A stretch of 64,000 bases of DNA from Podarcis pityusensis (Eukaryota). Within the stretch, counting starts at the first letter, position 1, and every line of letters starts with the position of its first letter. Under the pieces are notes generated by a model. That model had not been told where the DNA came from. It did not search any database and saw only the letters and a list, made by a program, of their open reading frames with translations. The stretch lies in NCBI GenBank assembly GCA_964106645.2, contig OZ067047.1. One strand, given 5' to 3'. The translations under genes were made by a program, and so were the position numbers. Positions 38,086-51,868 of the stretch are shown in pieces.

Positions 38086-38901
38086 TTGGTGGCAACCTTT
38101 TGTAAAGAGATGACAAGGTTGCTATATTCCCCATTGTCTTCATGGCGCAAGGTGGCAGTTTACCTGCATTTAGAGAGATTGTGTTTTCTCATTTCCAAGT
38201 GCTTACCTGTCACAACTTTCCTTTGGTGGGAGAAGCCTTTGGCCAGGATTCATAGCCCTGTCAAGGGAGCCCCAGAAGCAGTCATGGGTACAGCATGGTA
38301 AAGCCATAGTAACGCTCAATTAACACCTGAAAGCGGCTTAAATAAAGTGGCCAGTTCAGTGCAGATGACAAAAACGCAGGCCAGTAACCACAGCACACAT
38401 CATAAAGATACCTTATTCCTTAATTGTGGTTTACTACTAGTCAGTTGGTAGTTATCATTTAGACACAATTCATAGGCCCCTGAAATTCTAGAAGCTGCAC
38501 ATTAAAAGGCATATTCCAAATTGGACTAAAAAAAGAATCTCTAACAGAGTTACTACATTTCTGTTTCTGAAGTAGGCCAGACATCCCAACAAGATCATTA
38601 TCGTGGAAAAAGTATAAACCCCTGAATATAGTCAGGGAAGCTGACTTGTAGCTGTCAAGCATTTCCTCCCCACAGAATAATATAGAAGCTGGGACAGAAG
38701 CTCGTGCCTTTATCTTAAAATAAAGTTATTCCCCCTGACATTTTCTTAGCTACAATAAATAAATAAATAAAAATAATAGATCACAGATTCAGTTTTCTTT
38801 TTTCTTTTTTAAAAATGTGACTAGTGCTTTGTATGTCCAAGAGATAAATCTTCCCTAAATTCTTCTATGGACATTTGCTGAGGTGACTTGGAATGACTTC
38901 C

Positions 38902-38904
<3 letters not shown>

Positions 38905-38936
<32 letters not shown>
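38905..38936. repeat. (TA)n microsatellite
   Basis: Visible tandem repeat. Confidence 0.9.
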
Positions 38937-38938
<2 letters not shown>

Positions 38939-40087
38939 TGTTGGAAGACACCCAGAGTGGCCGGGGCAACCCGGTCAGATAGGCCAAAGTTTAGATTGCA
39001 TTTGTTGCTGAGATGGGATGTGTTTGTGGAGAGAATTTCCCTGAGCTACTATACCAGCAACCACACTAATGAGAACGAATTAAATAGCAATAAATGGAAA
39101 ATAACCCTATTAATTAGGCAGGAATAACTATCCAGGGAACTCTTACTTTGTTTTCCTGATTTTTAGCATAGGTTATTTCCTTTCCTTTTCATGTACTAGG
39201 AAAGCTACCTTATAGTTTAATTGTTATTATTCACTTCTAAACTGCAAACTCATATGAATTTTTTATATGCAGCGTGCATGTTAAAATAAAAGCAACATAA
39301 CAAATAGAATTGAAGCACGACACCTTAAAGAATCAGAAGTACAGAATGGGTCCCTTACAAAAAGGCTATAAAAACAGTAAATTGCTTTCATACCAAGGGT
39401 TTGCTGAAATGATCTGCTATTAAGTTGGTGCCTAAAATTCATTACAGATGATGCCAGCTTTCTTTCCTCAGGCAGAGAGAGCCATAACTCAGATCAGAAT
39501 ATTTGTCCGTCTAATCCAATATTGTTTATGCAGCCTAGAAGCAGTTTTATGGTTGTAAAGAACAGGGGGTTCCTATTACCTTTTTATCTTTTTAACTAGT
39601 GACAGAGGCACTGACATTTTAAGCGGGCTCTGGAGCAGGTATTTTCTGGGCTACCCTTCGCTTTCTGTGGCCACTCTCCTTGCCCCTTACCTTAAAGATA
39701 TGTGGTGGCTGAGGGTTACTTTGTTGCTTTTTAACCTTTGCAATAAAATATTATTGTGTCACTCACAGCAGTGCCCACTCTCCTCACTGGTGTCTACACT
39801 TCCTAGAAAGTCATGAGAATGCCGCAATTTAACATAGCCTCACTCCAGAGCCACTCTGGAACTGTGTGAAGCCAGTCACACTTCTTGGACAGGCTCCAGA
39901 ATGACACGACAACATATTGCTTCATGTCTCTCTGAAGACCTTCTAGGAAGTATAGGTGACAGCAGAGAGAGCAGGGACAGCATGGTTTGCACTGCTGTGA
40001 GTGGTGTGCGTGGTGCAAACCTTTCTTTAAAGGTTAAAAAGTGACCCTCAGGCACCTTGAACATATAACTTAGTAGTGGCCTCATAC

Positions 40088-40609
40088 CATAGCTGTCAAC
40101 TTACAGATTTGAAAATAAGGGACAAGCAGCCTTGAAAATAAGGGATCAGCAGCCAAAATAAGGGATTTTCCGAGCACAGGTATGTTCAACTTCTGAGCCC
40201 CTTCGAGCCAAAGTCAGAAAGCCCAGCCAGCAGCCAAACGAACCCTCAAGCGGTGGTTCCCATAGCACAGCAACCCGGCAAAGGGAACGCAGCAAGGTGC
40301 CACCATCACCTCTCCGCTGGGAAGCACTGAGCAAACGCGAGTCCCCAGGCAACGCAGCTGATTTGATCAGCACAAGGCATGCAAGCTCCACCCCCAATCG
40401 TTCTTAGACTCCTTATTGAGTGAGCAACGCAGCCAAGCAACACAGTTGGAGCCTCCCTCCTCCCTGGCTGGCAGGGAGGGAGGGAAGAGAGGAGCTGCTT
40501 CCTTTGAAACCCAGGAAATTTAAGGGACATCATCAATAAGGGACAGCAGCGGGACACAGCACTGGGATAAGGGACTTTCCCGCCAAATAAGGGACGGTTG
40601 ACAGCTATG
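40088..40609. mobile_element. Non-autonomous hAT element
   Basis: TIRs catagctgtcaac / gttgacagctatg; perfect 8-bp TSD cctcatac; repeated subterminal aataaggga motifs. Confidence 0.9.
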
Positions 40610-41123
40610 CCTCATACCAGGTGTTGCTTGGGAGTTCTAAGGCACCAAGGAGTCAGTGCAGCTTTGAGTCAGTGGTTAAAAATCAGTGCAGTTTTGAAAG
40701 GTTCAGTCGGCCACCTTAATTCAAAATGGTGTTTAATTGTATCCAAACCTGTGCCTTGCTCTCAGTAACCATCATGCAAAATTGGGTTACCATGTCATAA
40801 GAGGTGTCCAAGTGCACAGGGAACCAACAGCTGACCTAAACATATAATAGAGGCAGCCCTCCTCCAAGAAGAGCCAAGTCCCCTCAGCCTGCTAGGGTCT
40901 TCCAGGGAGCAGGGGGGCCCAGACCTACACATACTAGTTCAGCCCTGGTGGCACCACTGACTAGAGATGCCAGGGATTGGACCTAGGGACCTTTTGCATG
41001 CCAAGCAGATGTTCTACCACTGGATAAATTATGGTCCCTTCCTAAACTAGGCATCTTGTCTAGATCCAAAGAGAGCTAGAGAGAAAGAAGAAGAGTGGAT
41101 TTTAGTAACCCTACAGAAACAGA

Positions 41124-41465
41124 GGGACGGGGGTGGCACTGTGGTCTAAACCACAGAGCCTAGGGCTTGCCGATCAGATGGTTGGCGGTTTGAATCCCTC
41201 AACGGGGTGAGCTCCCATTTATCGGTCCCTGCTCCTGCCCACCTAGCAATCTGAAAGCACGTCAAAGTGCTAGTAGATAAATAGGTACTGTTCCGGCGGG
41301 AAGGTAAACGGCATTTCCGTGCGCTGCTCTGGTTCACCAGGAGCGGCTTAGTCATGCTGGCCACATGTATGCCAGCTCCCTCAGCCAGTAAAGCGAGATG
41401 AGCACCGCAACCCCAGAGTCGTCCGTGACTGGGCCTAATGGTCAGGGGTCCCTTTACCTTTACCT
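41124..41465 (+). mobile_element. Sauria SINE
   Basis: gggacg.gggtggc.ctgtgg..taaaccacagagcc head, Sauria body and (ACCTTT)n tail; 12-bp TSD tacagaaacaga at 41112-41123 and 41466-41477. Confidence 0.92.
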
Positions 41466-44400
41466 TACAGAAACAGAAGTCTGTAAAAGAGGGGTGGCAT
41501 TGAAGTCTAGTTTTCTTCCTTTTCTTCTAGATGCTCTATCTGCTTTTTCAAAACTTCAGTTTTAATTCTACATTTATTTAGTGTCTCATCTTTGTTTCTC
41601 AATTGTTATTGTTCATATCTCTAAAATCTTTAGGCAACCAACTTGAGGGGGGGGGGACCACATCTACTTTGGGCACCAAATGGGGGTGCTTGACATATTC
41701 AGTATTTACAAATTCTGGTATGTATTGATGTGACAGGCTCCTCTGTGCAGATTCAGTAGTTCTCACCTGAACAAAAGCATCCAATCTGTATTTTTAAAAT
41801 GTGTACATTGAGAAAGATAGTATTTTAAAAGCACATTTTAAAAGCACATTAAATAGGAATTTAAATACCAAATACCAGAAGATTTATGGTATTAAAGGTT
41901 AGATGATTTCAGCAGCAAGCTATGGGACATGCAACAATTATAAACAAAGCAGTTGGCCCACCCCAAGGGCTTCTCAGGTACAACCAGCATTAAAACCCAG
42001 ATCACATATATCTGCCCTGAGGTCACCTTAGGCAAGTGATTTGGAGTGTCGTGAAATGGACCAAACTATAATTTGATTTATCTTGCTGCCAGGGAGAGGT
42101 TTATGGGATTTTCTGCCTTCAGGGGCCAAAATCAGTTTGCCAGCCTTTGGCTTGTACACCAGGTTTCGCGCTCTCTCTCTCTCTGTGTGTGTGGGGGGGG
42201 GTGGATTTGCTCTTCCGCTGAAGGCAGCAAAATGTCTTGAACTAGCCCTGTTCATGCTTCATAGGAACCACTTTACTAAGGAACATGATGAGTCGTAGGT
42301 AATGCTTCCTTCTGCATCAGTGTAAATTTAGCAGCAGTGCAAGGCAGAACAGCCCCTTTAAACTAAAAACAAGCAGTAGAAAGTTTCCTTTAATTTGTCT
42401 CCTTACAAACACACACAGCACTGGTCACACCCTTTACCATCATAAGAGCCAGATATCTCTGAAAGCTATTTCCCTCTAATACCACTCAACTACTAAAGCA
42501 TAGCAATTACCTCCAAATGCATCTGTCACTGAGGTGGGAAAAAAAGAGGGTGCTCTTGAAAACCTATTATTTCCTACGGAACACTGAAATATCTATTAAT
42601 TCCTTATTTCTTCCTTTAACTTTTCTTCTCAGTTTTCTTCCTTATGCTCTCATGTTCTAACGCTAGGTGTGTGCCCCTTCCTATCAACCTTCCCCAAACT
42701 GGAGCCTTTGGGGTAGCCAACGTGGTGTCTTCCACATGTTTTTCACTACAACTCCCATCAGCCCCAGCGTGTGTGGTCAGGAATGATGGGAGTTGTATGT
42801 AGTCCTGATCTAATCAACATGGTGCTGCCCAGCAACTGTTAGACTGTAATTCCAATGTGCTGACTGAGGTTGATGCAAGTTGCAGGCTTACTGTATCTGG
42901 GGGACACAGCATTGACTATCCTTCATCCAACCCACCATATGAGACCTAGGGCGGTATACAAATTTAACAAATAATAAAATAATGATAATGATTGTTTCCA
43001 ACCATGACCCCAGCAGGGTGTTTCAAGAAAACCCCCAAGTAGGGCATGGCATTGACAGTCATCTGGTGATGGATGGATGCCACCATATGCCAGATATGTT
43101 GCCTCCGTAGGTAGAAGCTTTATTTGCTGTGAATTGGCTGGATCTTTTTAAGTGTAGTCACATCTTGGAGTAGCAAAACTATTCCTTGCAGACAATGCAA
43201 GGGGGGAAAACTACTGTCGTCGTTTAGCAGTGTGTTTGAAAACACCTGTCTGAAGTTTTATTTTCTAAGAGTTGATTTTCCAGGTGTTCCTTTCTTCTGA
43301 AACCAGATGAAATGCCTCATGGCAGCCATTTTTTCCCCCTTGCAGGATTAATGATTGAAAAACACGCTTTCAGGTGCCGCTGTGATATTTATGATAATGG
43401 CAATCAATGCCGTTTTTTATTCTATAATGTTCCATGAAATGTAAATTATTCTGAACAGTGGTTCAGAATAGTAGAAAGAGATTGGAAACAAAGGGAAGGA
43501 TGGACCAGGAACTTTCCTGAAAAATTGCAGTAGGGTCTGGGGAGAACAGACTGGATGGATTTCATTTTCTAGTCTAGATTTAGATTGAATAGATGGGTTG
43601 CCGTTTTGTATTGTCAACATGTTCCATTTTAGAAATGCAAGAATGGGCAGCAGAGGAATCCTAGGAATGTGAGATCCAGTCCAGGGTGTCTTGATGAAAG
43701 GTGTCTCGGAATCCACATGTGGAATGTACCTTAAGGGCTCTTGTAGTCACAACAGTGATGTGATTGGAAACAACTTATTGACAATCCAATTCCCATAACA
43801 TTATGAGAATTTAAGATGGTTATATATGTGAAATGTTTTTTCCACCATTTGAAACAACACTGCAGCCACTTGACCATGATCTTGACATTTTGCACACACT
43901 TTTGAAACCTCCTAATCAGTTAAAAAGTAGGGATGATTTCAGGTTTGTTAATGTGGTTTGAGCAGATGGGCAGGCAGACGGTGTATAAAATCATGTGGCA
44001 GAGGAGAGCAAGAGAAGCAGATTGCTTGCATGCACTGCTGCTTGTAGGCAAGGGAAGAAGTTGCTTGTTTGTTTGCTTAAGAGGTTATCTTACTGGACCA
44101 AACTGGATCAAGCAGCAGAAACCCCAGAGTTGCCAACTATGAATTCTGCTGTGATCACATGGACTCCAGAAGGCACACAACCAATTTCAAGTGAAAGAGG
44201 AGGCCTTAATTGCGCTGGACTAGATGGCCTTTGGTTCCTCTTTCAGATTCTTACTTCTAACAGACAGGTGCTGAAGACTGTCATGTCCAGATAAAGGAAA
44301 CATAGTACTGAAGAGTGAGAAGAGACAGCAACATCAATTAGTGTCAGCCTGGCAAAGGAAGCTGGACTGAGTAGCTAAGTCTTCCTGAAACAGCAGGTAG

Positions 44401-46349
44401 TAGAGATAGTGAGCTGGTGATAAGGAGGGTTTAAGGAAGAAGATTGCACTAGGGGAAATGCCAGCAGAGGACCTAGAGGAAGGAGGGTCTTTGAGCTGTT
44501 GGCAGAAATGGAGCAGATAGCTATGGGATTATTGGATGCAGGAGAAGATTGGGTCTTGGAAACAAGGAGCCGTAGAGTTCCCACGCTAGACCTTGAGAGG
44601 GTCTGACTTGTATCTTTAAAGCCCAGATGTTGTTGACTCCAGCTCCCATCAGCCCCAGCCAGCATGGCCTATGGCCCGGAGTGATGGGAGCAGCAGTCCA
44701 ACATCATCTGGAAGGCCACAGGTTCCTCAAGAGCTGCATAAAAGGGGAAATTCCCTAGCTACGTCTGTGGCACACTGGCACCAGCTTTGGGCTTCCCCAG
44801 TTCCATTTCTTTTCATCACATTTTGCCTTTGGAGAAGCAAGCTGCCACTACCTCTGAGTCAGGTGACATTGTGCCTTCTCCTTCCAGGGCTGTAGTCTAC
44901 AGCAGCAGCCATAGGGTTCTGTTTGACAGGCTTTTGTGTGAAAACGCAGCCCTATAACAAAGGATTCCATTCTCAGCAAGATCTAATCTTAGTTTTGGGG
45001 GGCAAAAAGACAACATATTCTCCCATAACCTTTCCTTCTGCCTTTGGCAGTGTAAGCCTGTCCATGCTTTCTTAGAAGTAAGCCTTCTTGATTGTCATAA
45101 CACTTACTTCTAGGTAACTGTGTGTCTAGGGTTGCAGTTTGCAGAGCTTAAGAGGGTAGGAAAAAAAGGGTATAAATCTAAGACTAGCTGTTATTGGTAG
45201 ATGCATTTCTAAGGGAATTTCATGAGGGAATAAAGTCATATTAAAACAACATGGAAGTGTAGTCAGAGGAAGGAAGAAAGTGATGTTGGGTGAAGCATTT
45301 GGGCTTTTGACAAATGTTTTAAAGCCTCCCCTCTAGCATCAAAATATTACAAATCTGTAATTCTGTCAAATCTCTCTTTTGTTAAAGCCACACAGCCAAT
45401 TTCCCTAAGGGTCCTAAGATTGCCAAGTGTGCACTATTAAAGGGGGGAAAGTATATTTGCGGGGGAAAGGAATGGAAGACAAAAAGTTAATGTTCACTCA
45501 TTTAGCACCTTCAATGCTATCTTATTACAGAACTATTTCAGTTTTCTTGATAATGATTCTGAATATTTAACCATGGCATCTGTTATGCTCTATGCAAAAT
45601 TGTATGTTTAATATGCTTAACTCCACATCCGAGTGATCCTTCCTCTCATCTCTAAAATATATTTATTATCAAATCCTTCCTGTTCTGTCTGATTCGGTTA
45701 ACAAATTCACGGTAACTGAACCTCATTAAGGAGTGAGGGCTGTTCAGTGACCTACATGCAATGAGCTGGTGATCCCAGTCCAGCTGTTTATATCACCTCT
45801 TCTGACACTAATTAGTACCAGAATAAGCGATGAACACAACCCACTGGGAACTTATCTTATGAAAGCCCCTTTTGAAAGCAGTGGAATTTGTGCAAAAGGA
45901 TGGGCGCTCTTGTGCAACATCCATTAATTTCAAAGTGGTACACACTGAAGAACATCCCAGAAGAAATGCTCAGTGGATTAGGCCATGTGTCATTATAAAA
46001 ATGTGAGGATTAGCCATACATACTCAGTGCTGAGCCCTTTAACGTCTGTTACACGGGGAAGATCAGTATCAGTTGGATCAGTTGGCAACTTGAATCCAGT
46101 CAGAGAAAGTATCAGGATCATATTCACAAGCATAGTTGCTGCTGGTTTCTGGAAATATTTGTTGTTGTTGCTGTTGTTTTTTTTAAAAAACATGCATAAA
46201 GAATCTTGATTCAAGAGTAATGGATCTACCGGTATGTTTAAAGAGCTTCTCCATATGATATTTTTGCTACAAAGCTGATACCACATTTACATTTATAGCT
46301 GGTTTAAGAATTTTTCTGAGAGAGTATAATGCTTGCTTTGTAGTTGTAA

Positions 46350-46384
<35 letters not shown>

Positions 46385-46385
46385 A
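46350..46385. repeat. (TAG)n microsatellite
   Basis: Visible tandem repeat. Confidence 0.9.
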
Positions 46386-46699
46386 ATTATTATGTTTTAA
46401 ACCAATTACAGATAATTACAGATATTAGCAACCTCACTTAGTGCAATCCTACACAAGTTTACTTAGAAGTAAGTCCTACTGACTTGTTTAGTCATTCTTT
46501 AGTCCCTGATGCATAGACTATGTCATGCATAAATCTGCTATCTAGGCTGCATTGAGTGCTGTCTATTTGCAGAGACATTCAGCAATGACATTGATACAGA
46601 AGGAGAGAATATCAGCTGATCTCTGGGTATGTCTGGTTTGCTCTGTGTTTCAGGAAGTGCTGACATTCACATGAAAGCATCTCTCTGAGCAATCATAGA

Positions 46700-46772
46700 C
46701 AATAGAATTGTAGAGTTGGAAGGGACCCTTAGAGTCATCTAGTCCAACCCCCTGAAATGTAAAAATCTCAGT
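46700..46772 (-). mobile_element. CR1 3' terminal fragment
   Basis: atagaattgtagagttggaagggaccc...catctagtccaaccccctg. Confidence 0.65.
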
Positions 46773-47381
46773 AAGAACCTATGATGATGCTTTTATAGGT
46801 TGCTTCTTTGATGGTCCTATAGGCTCTATTTTCTCACAAAAATGGAGCTTGCTGGTTTCAAAGCTTGTCTGCTAAGGCTGTTATTTTCCTCCCAGAGCTA
46901 GATGCTGTTGCCCAAAATAAGTCTGGGTATGTCCTTTCTGTAAACAGCTGCTCACGTGTCTCTTAACGGCAGCAGACACGGGTGACTAACCTTCCATGGC
47001 TCCTACAGGCAAGGAGGAAATGTCTTATCCAGTTATTTCAAAGCCTATTGCCTCCAAAGCAAACTAAATTTAGAGGCATACTTTCACAGTATGGCAGAAA
47101 GATGCAAGCTCAGGGCCTGCTACTCTATTAGCTGTCTTTCTTGTGAAGGAAAATTCTGGAAAAAGTGACCACCCATTATGTGAAATTACAAATAACATGC
47201 AAATGTTGGGTGTTATTCTACATTTTATCTAATCTGAATCCAAATAAGAGGGAGGTGTTGATGGCAAATGACCAAGCTACATAGATCTACATTTTAGATG
47301 AGGTATCTGCCTGGAAAGACTTCATCTTGCAACTGACTTGGAAAAATCCCTGAACCACTGTTATTACATAAGTCAAAGGTA

Positions 47382-47615
47382 CAGCGGTACCTCAGGTTAG
47401 GAACTTAATTCGTTCTGGAGGTCCGTTCTTAACCTGAAACTGTTCTTAACCTGAGGTACCACTTTAGCTAATGGGGCCTCCTGCCACTGCTGCCGCACAA
47501 TTTCTGTTGTTATCCTGAAGCAAAGTTCTTAACCCGAGGTACTATTTCTGGGTTTACAGAGTCTGTAACCTGAAGTGTCTGCAACCTGAAGCGTCTGTAA
47601 CCTGAGGTACCACTG
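47382..47615. mobile_element. Tc1/mariner (Tigger-like) MITE
   Basis: TIRs cagcggtacctcaggtta / taacctgaggtaccactg, TA TSD; homologous to 10239-10480. Confidence 0.85.
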
Positions 47616-48054
47616 TACTAAGGAACATGTTCCCTAAGTATAGCCACCCTGTGACTTCCCCTTCCTCCTCCAGTAAACAGCATGGTTCCAACAGCTAACT
47701 ATTATTATGACAAAGACCATGTCCTTTGTCAAGCAAAATAATGTTAATGGTGACCTGATGGTTCCTTAATGGTGAGAAAATGGAGATCACTCTGGAATGT
47801 TCTGGATGGGGAAACCCATCACAGCCAGGAGAAGGGGACTCATCTCTCATACATCAGCTGAGAGTTTTTCATCAGGGTTGTGTGTGAGAGAGACAAACAA
47901 ATTGCTATTCCCAAGGGCTCCCGGAGGGCAGTGCTAATGCTGGGATGGCTTCAGGCAGGGCAGGCAGGGTCAATAAAAGATCCTTGCTGGGGGAGGGAAA
48001 ACCCCACTCATGTCCCCCTAAAGTGCCACTGCCACAGGAAAAGTCTTTCTTGAT

Positions 48055-48520
48055 ATTAATATTTTATTTAGTTTCAAGATTCAAAATTACATTTTAACAC
48101 TCAATATTTATATTCCAATTCTAAATTACTAATGACTTCCCACTCACCCACCTTTGATGTTTAGAAATGTAACTACACATAATTTCATTTTAAAGTTCCC
48201 TCATATTGAGGTTCAACCTCTTCAACAAGTATCTTAAAATAATCTACTTCTCCCTCCCCATGTTAAAACTTCAAATCCTGTTGTGGACTTCATATATAGT
48301 TACTTTTTAGGAAAGTTTAGGAAACTAGAAAAGTCCTCCTTGAAAGAATGTAAGCTTGAGTCTCTTATCAGTGCCATCAGTTTAGCCATCTCTTCGGTCG
48401 AATCCTGCATTGTGTAGCATTCAGTACAGAACTCGGGCGATGTAGTCGCAGCTTCATAAAAGAAAATACTCACAAAGCCAATAGAGGTGAAACGAGGGAA
48501 GTAGAACTTCATACCCTAAG
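48055..48520 (-). mobile_element. Degenerate L1-clade 3' fragment
   Basis: Minus peptide FFYEAATT...EMAKLMALIRD....FKEDFSSFLNF resembles the L1 ORF2 C-terminus; A-rich tail near 48060. Confidence 0.5.
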
Positions 48521-48786
48521 AAACATCACCTCCTGCTGTTCCCAGCTGAATGATCCAATCTACCTCTCCAGCCATGAGTAACTGCCCTAGAGGGGTGGAT
48601 CCAGCCATCTAGGAGCCTCTGGAAAAAAAAAATCATTCCCCAGTGACTCCTGGAGAGTAGCACTAATGCTGGGATTTACTAGAGCTTCATTGAGTTGGTG
48701 GGTCCAGAGAGGAATCATGGCTGTCCCACCGTCTGCCACACCATCATCCTAAAGCTGACATCAGCTGAAGCACATGTGTCCAATTT

Positions 48787-49225
48787 GTAATGTTTGGTAA
48801 AGATGTGCAGTGACGCCCAATTAGCTGCTTTGCTGACGTCTACTATGGGAAATGCCCTTTGAAGGCTGTGTATGTCACGCCCACCCCCACCCCCAATGGA
48901 GTGTTTGGTTGACCTTCCCCTGTGGAGTTTTACCCAGGGTTAAGCATGCCAGAGAGATGGGTTTGGGAAATCACCTGGCGATGGAGGAAGGGGAGACCTT
49001 ATGGCCCAGGGAGTCCTCCCCCCTTAAAGGAAACAAACAGTGCCAGTCTTTCTGAAAGTGGGGCTGTGGATTTGTTTAAGTCATGTCTCCACCTGTATGG
49101 TCAGTTTGTATCTTTGTACCTAAACTCAACATTATAAAACACAGTGAGTCTTCAAGGACTTCTTCCAAAGAAAACTAAATCTAGGTAAGTACTGTACCTT
49201 GGAATTAGGTTCTCACCACTTTGAG
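48787..49225 (+). mobile_element. Possible old solo LTR
   Basis: Begins TGtaatg; 3' part loosely resembles the solo-LTR family at 4670-8730. Confidence 0.35.
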
Positions 49226-50052
49226 AATGGTGAGAGAAAATCAGTATTTTAAAACATTTATTTGTAGTCTGAGAACTAGAAACATTTTTTTAAAATCCAG
49301 AAGGTAAGCCAAAGGTCTAGATTCCATGCTGTGAGCTAAAAATATTGCTGTGTACAGCCCTGCTATTAAAATAGTCACAGAACTTAAATGTAACTTAAAT
49401 CCTTAGAAGAGAAAGAGCTCCTTTCTTGATCTTTGCACTGGAAATGCCTGAAGAATGCAAAACTGAGGATCTTCAAGTAACAAGATCAGTGCTGTGTATG
49501 TACATCAAGTTAAAGTGGCAGCTATCAAGTTGTGGGTAATGTGAGGATTTTGTTGTTCACATCTTTAAGCAAATTAACCTGATTTATATTTACATGTCAA
49601 GTACGTGATTTGGACATAATCTTCCATCTTCACACTTCTCTGAATTATGAGATGCACTTTTTGGCTCAGAAACATATTTATTTATATTTAACAGAGTTTG
49701 CACACCACCTAATCATATAAACCTCTAAGCAGCTTGCAGAAACTATAAAATAGACTTTACGATTGTTAATAAAGGTCAGAAGTTAAAAACAAACTGATTT
49801 TCCAAAAAATCAAGATATAAATAAAAGCAGCAGCTGAAAAATATGCATTTTAAAATAAAATTGCATATCAAAATGTCAACTTTACATATCTGGGTAGGGT
49901 TGCTGAAACAAAATGGGTTTTAGCAGGCTCTGAAAACAGTACTATTTAAGGGGCCTGCCTAATGGCAATGGGCAAGGAGTTCCACAATGTAACTGCTGCC
50001 GTACCAAAGTAAGTATTTATTCCTTGCAACTGTGGAATGAACATCATGTGGC

Positions 50053-50658
50053 CATAGCTGTCAACTTACAGATTTGAAAATACGGGACCAGCAGCCTTGA
50101 AAATAAGGGACCAGCACCTAAAATAAGGGACCTGCAGCCTCACCTGTTCCAGGCACTCCAGTCTTCCTGTCCTGCTGCAGTCTGGTCAAACTCATGCTAG
50201 TAGCTTCGAGAACACTGTCCAACCAACTTTGTAACCAGAGGTTCAACTGAATAGAATCTGAATCACATGCACCACAAGGCCTATGCAGCCTCAACTTAAG
50301 ATGGCTCCCTGGCCTGGCTTTGCACTGCAAAGTTTGCAGCAGCATGTGCAACAAAATGGCATCCAGCATTCAAAAACCTCCTCAGCTTGCATTAACTAGC
50401 CACACACAAGGCATTCAAGCTCCACCCCCCAGTTGTTCTTAGACTTCTAATTGGGTGAGCAACACAGCCAAGCAACACAGTTGGAGCCTCCCTCCTCCCT
50501 GGCCGGCAGGGAGGGAGGGAGAGGAGCTGCTTCCTTTGAAATTTAAGGGACATCATTTAAGGGACATTTAAGGGACATCCATCAATAAGGGACAGCAGCG
50601 GGACATGGCGCTGGAATAAGGGACTGTCCCTTCAAATAAGGGACACTTGACAGCTATG
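50053..50658. mobile_element. Non-autonomous hAT element (same family as 40088), inserted in an L2 3' remnant
   Basis: TIRs catagctgtcaa / ttgacagctatg; perfect 8-bp TSD catgtggc at 50045-50052 and 50659-50666. Confidence 0.9.
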
Positions 50659-51349
50659 CATGTGGCACTTCTGCAGATCATAGCAGATGAGTGGGCATAT
50701 GTGGGAGAACACATATTTTTAAGCAAACTGTTCCCATGCATTTTAAATTAAAATGCATGCTAGAATAAAATGTCAGAAAAATAATGCAAGCTTTCATGCA
50801 GCTTTTAAAAATAAAATCCACAGACTGATGTGGAAATAATGGAATGAATTTAGGAATGGGCATATCAAACATTGTCGTAGGCCAGAAACAAACTGATCCA
50901 TCCACCCCTGTATGAAAGCAGAGAGTTAAAATATAGATTAGCTTCTGCAACTTTTAATTCTGGGCCTTTTCTCCTGCAAGGATTGCAATTGTTTTCCTGA
51001 AAGCAATTAAAACTAATAAATACTTTAAATGCAAATTTGGTTGGTGTACATAATAGAATCAATTAACATTGTAAAAACAACTGGCTACAAAAACATCTTG
51101 ACAAAGATTTATGTACATGGAATAGATTGACAAATATTTATCCTGCAAAACGTGACAAATAGCAACAGTGGCATGGGTGGAAGAAACAATCGGTCCTGCA
51201 GTAGTCATCTTGAATAGGTAATTTGCAGAACCAGTTTATTCTAATGAATAACTTTCTTACAGCTCATGTTAGTGCCTGTTTAGGAGCTTTGCTGGATTGC
51301 AGGGAGATTATTGCCATGTGTGGCTAAAATTGTGGCCAAACTACCACAG

Positions 51350-51690
51350 CAGACCCTCCAAGCACCCCAATTTTCTAGGCACAGCCCCAGATTTACAGAA
51401 GCTGCTCCAGTTTCTGATTTGACCCTGGAATGTCCCACTTTTCCTTAGAACATCCCTATTTTCCTTGGTGACATTTTGTAGGGCATTGAGTTATGTGTTC
51501 CCTGAGCCAAGGAGGTAAGTAGCTATGTAACTTTTAGAAGACATATGAAGGCAGCTCTGTATAGGGAAGTTTTTTTATGTTTAATGTTTTGATATGTTTT
51601 TATTTATGTTGGAAGCTGCCTAGAGTGGCTGGGGGCAACCCAGTAAGATGGGTGGGGTACAAATAAAATAATAATAATAGGACGTCCCTA
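51350..51690. mobile_element. Non-autonomous DNA-transposon-like repeat containing a LINE-tail-like segment
   Basis: Colinear with 53101-53305 plus 54120-54258. Confidence 0.6.
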
Positions 51691-51868
51691 GATGGAGGGC
51701 ACAAGGAGAAGGGGACGACAGGGGATGAGATGGTTGGACAGTGTTCTCAAAGTTACCAGCATGAGTTTGACCAAACTGCTGGAGGCAGTGGAAGACAGGA
51801 GTGCCTGGCGTGCTCTGATCCATGGGGTCATGAAGAGTTGGACATGACTAAACAACTAAACAACAACA
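51691..51868 (+). mobile_element. BovB 3' terminal fragment
   Basis: Matches the reverse complement of 5526-5700; ends gactaaacaactaaacaacaaca. Confidence 0.85.
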
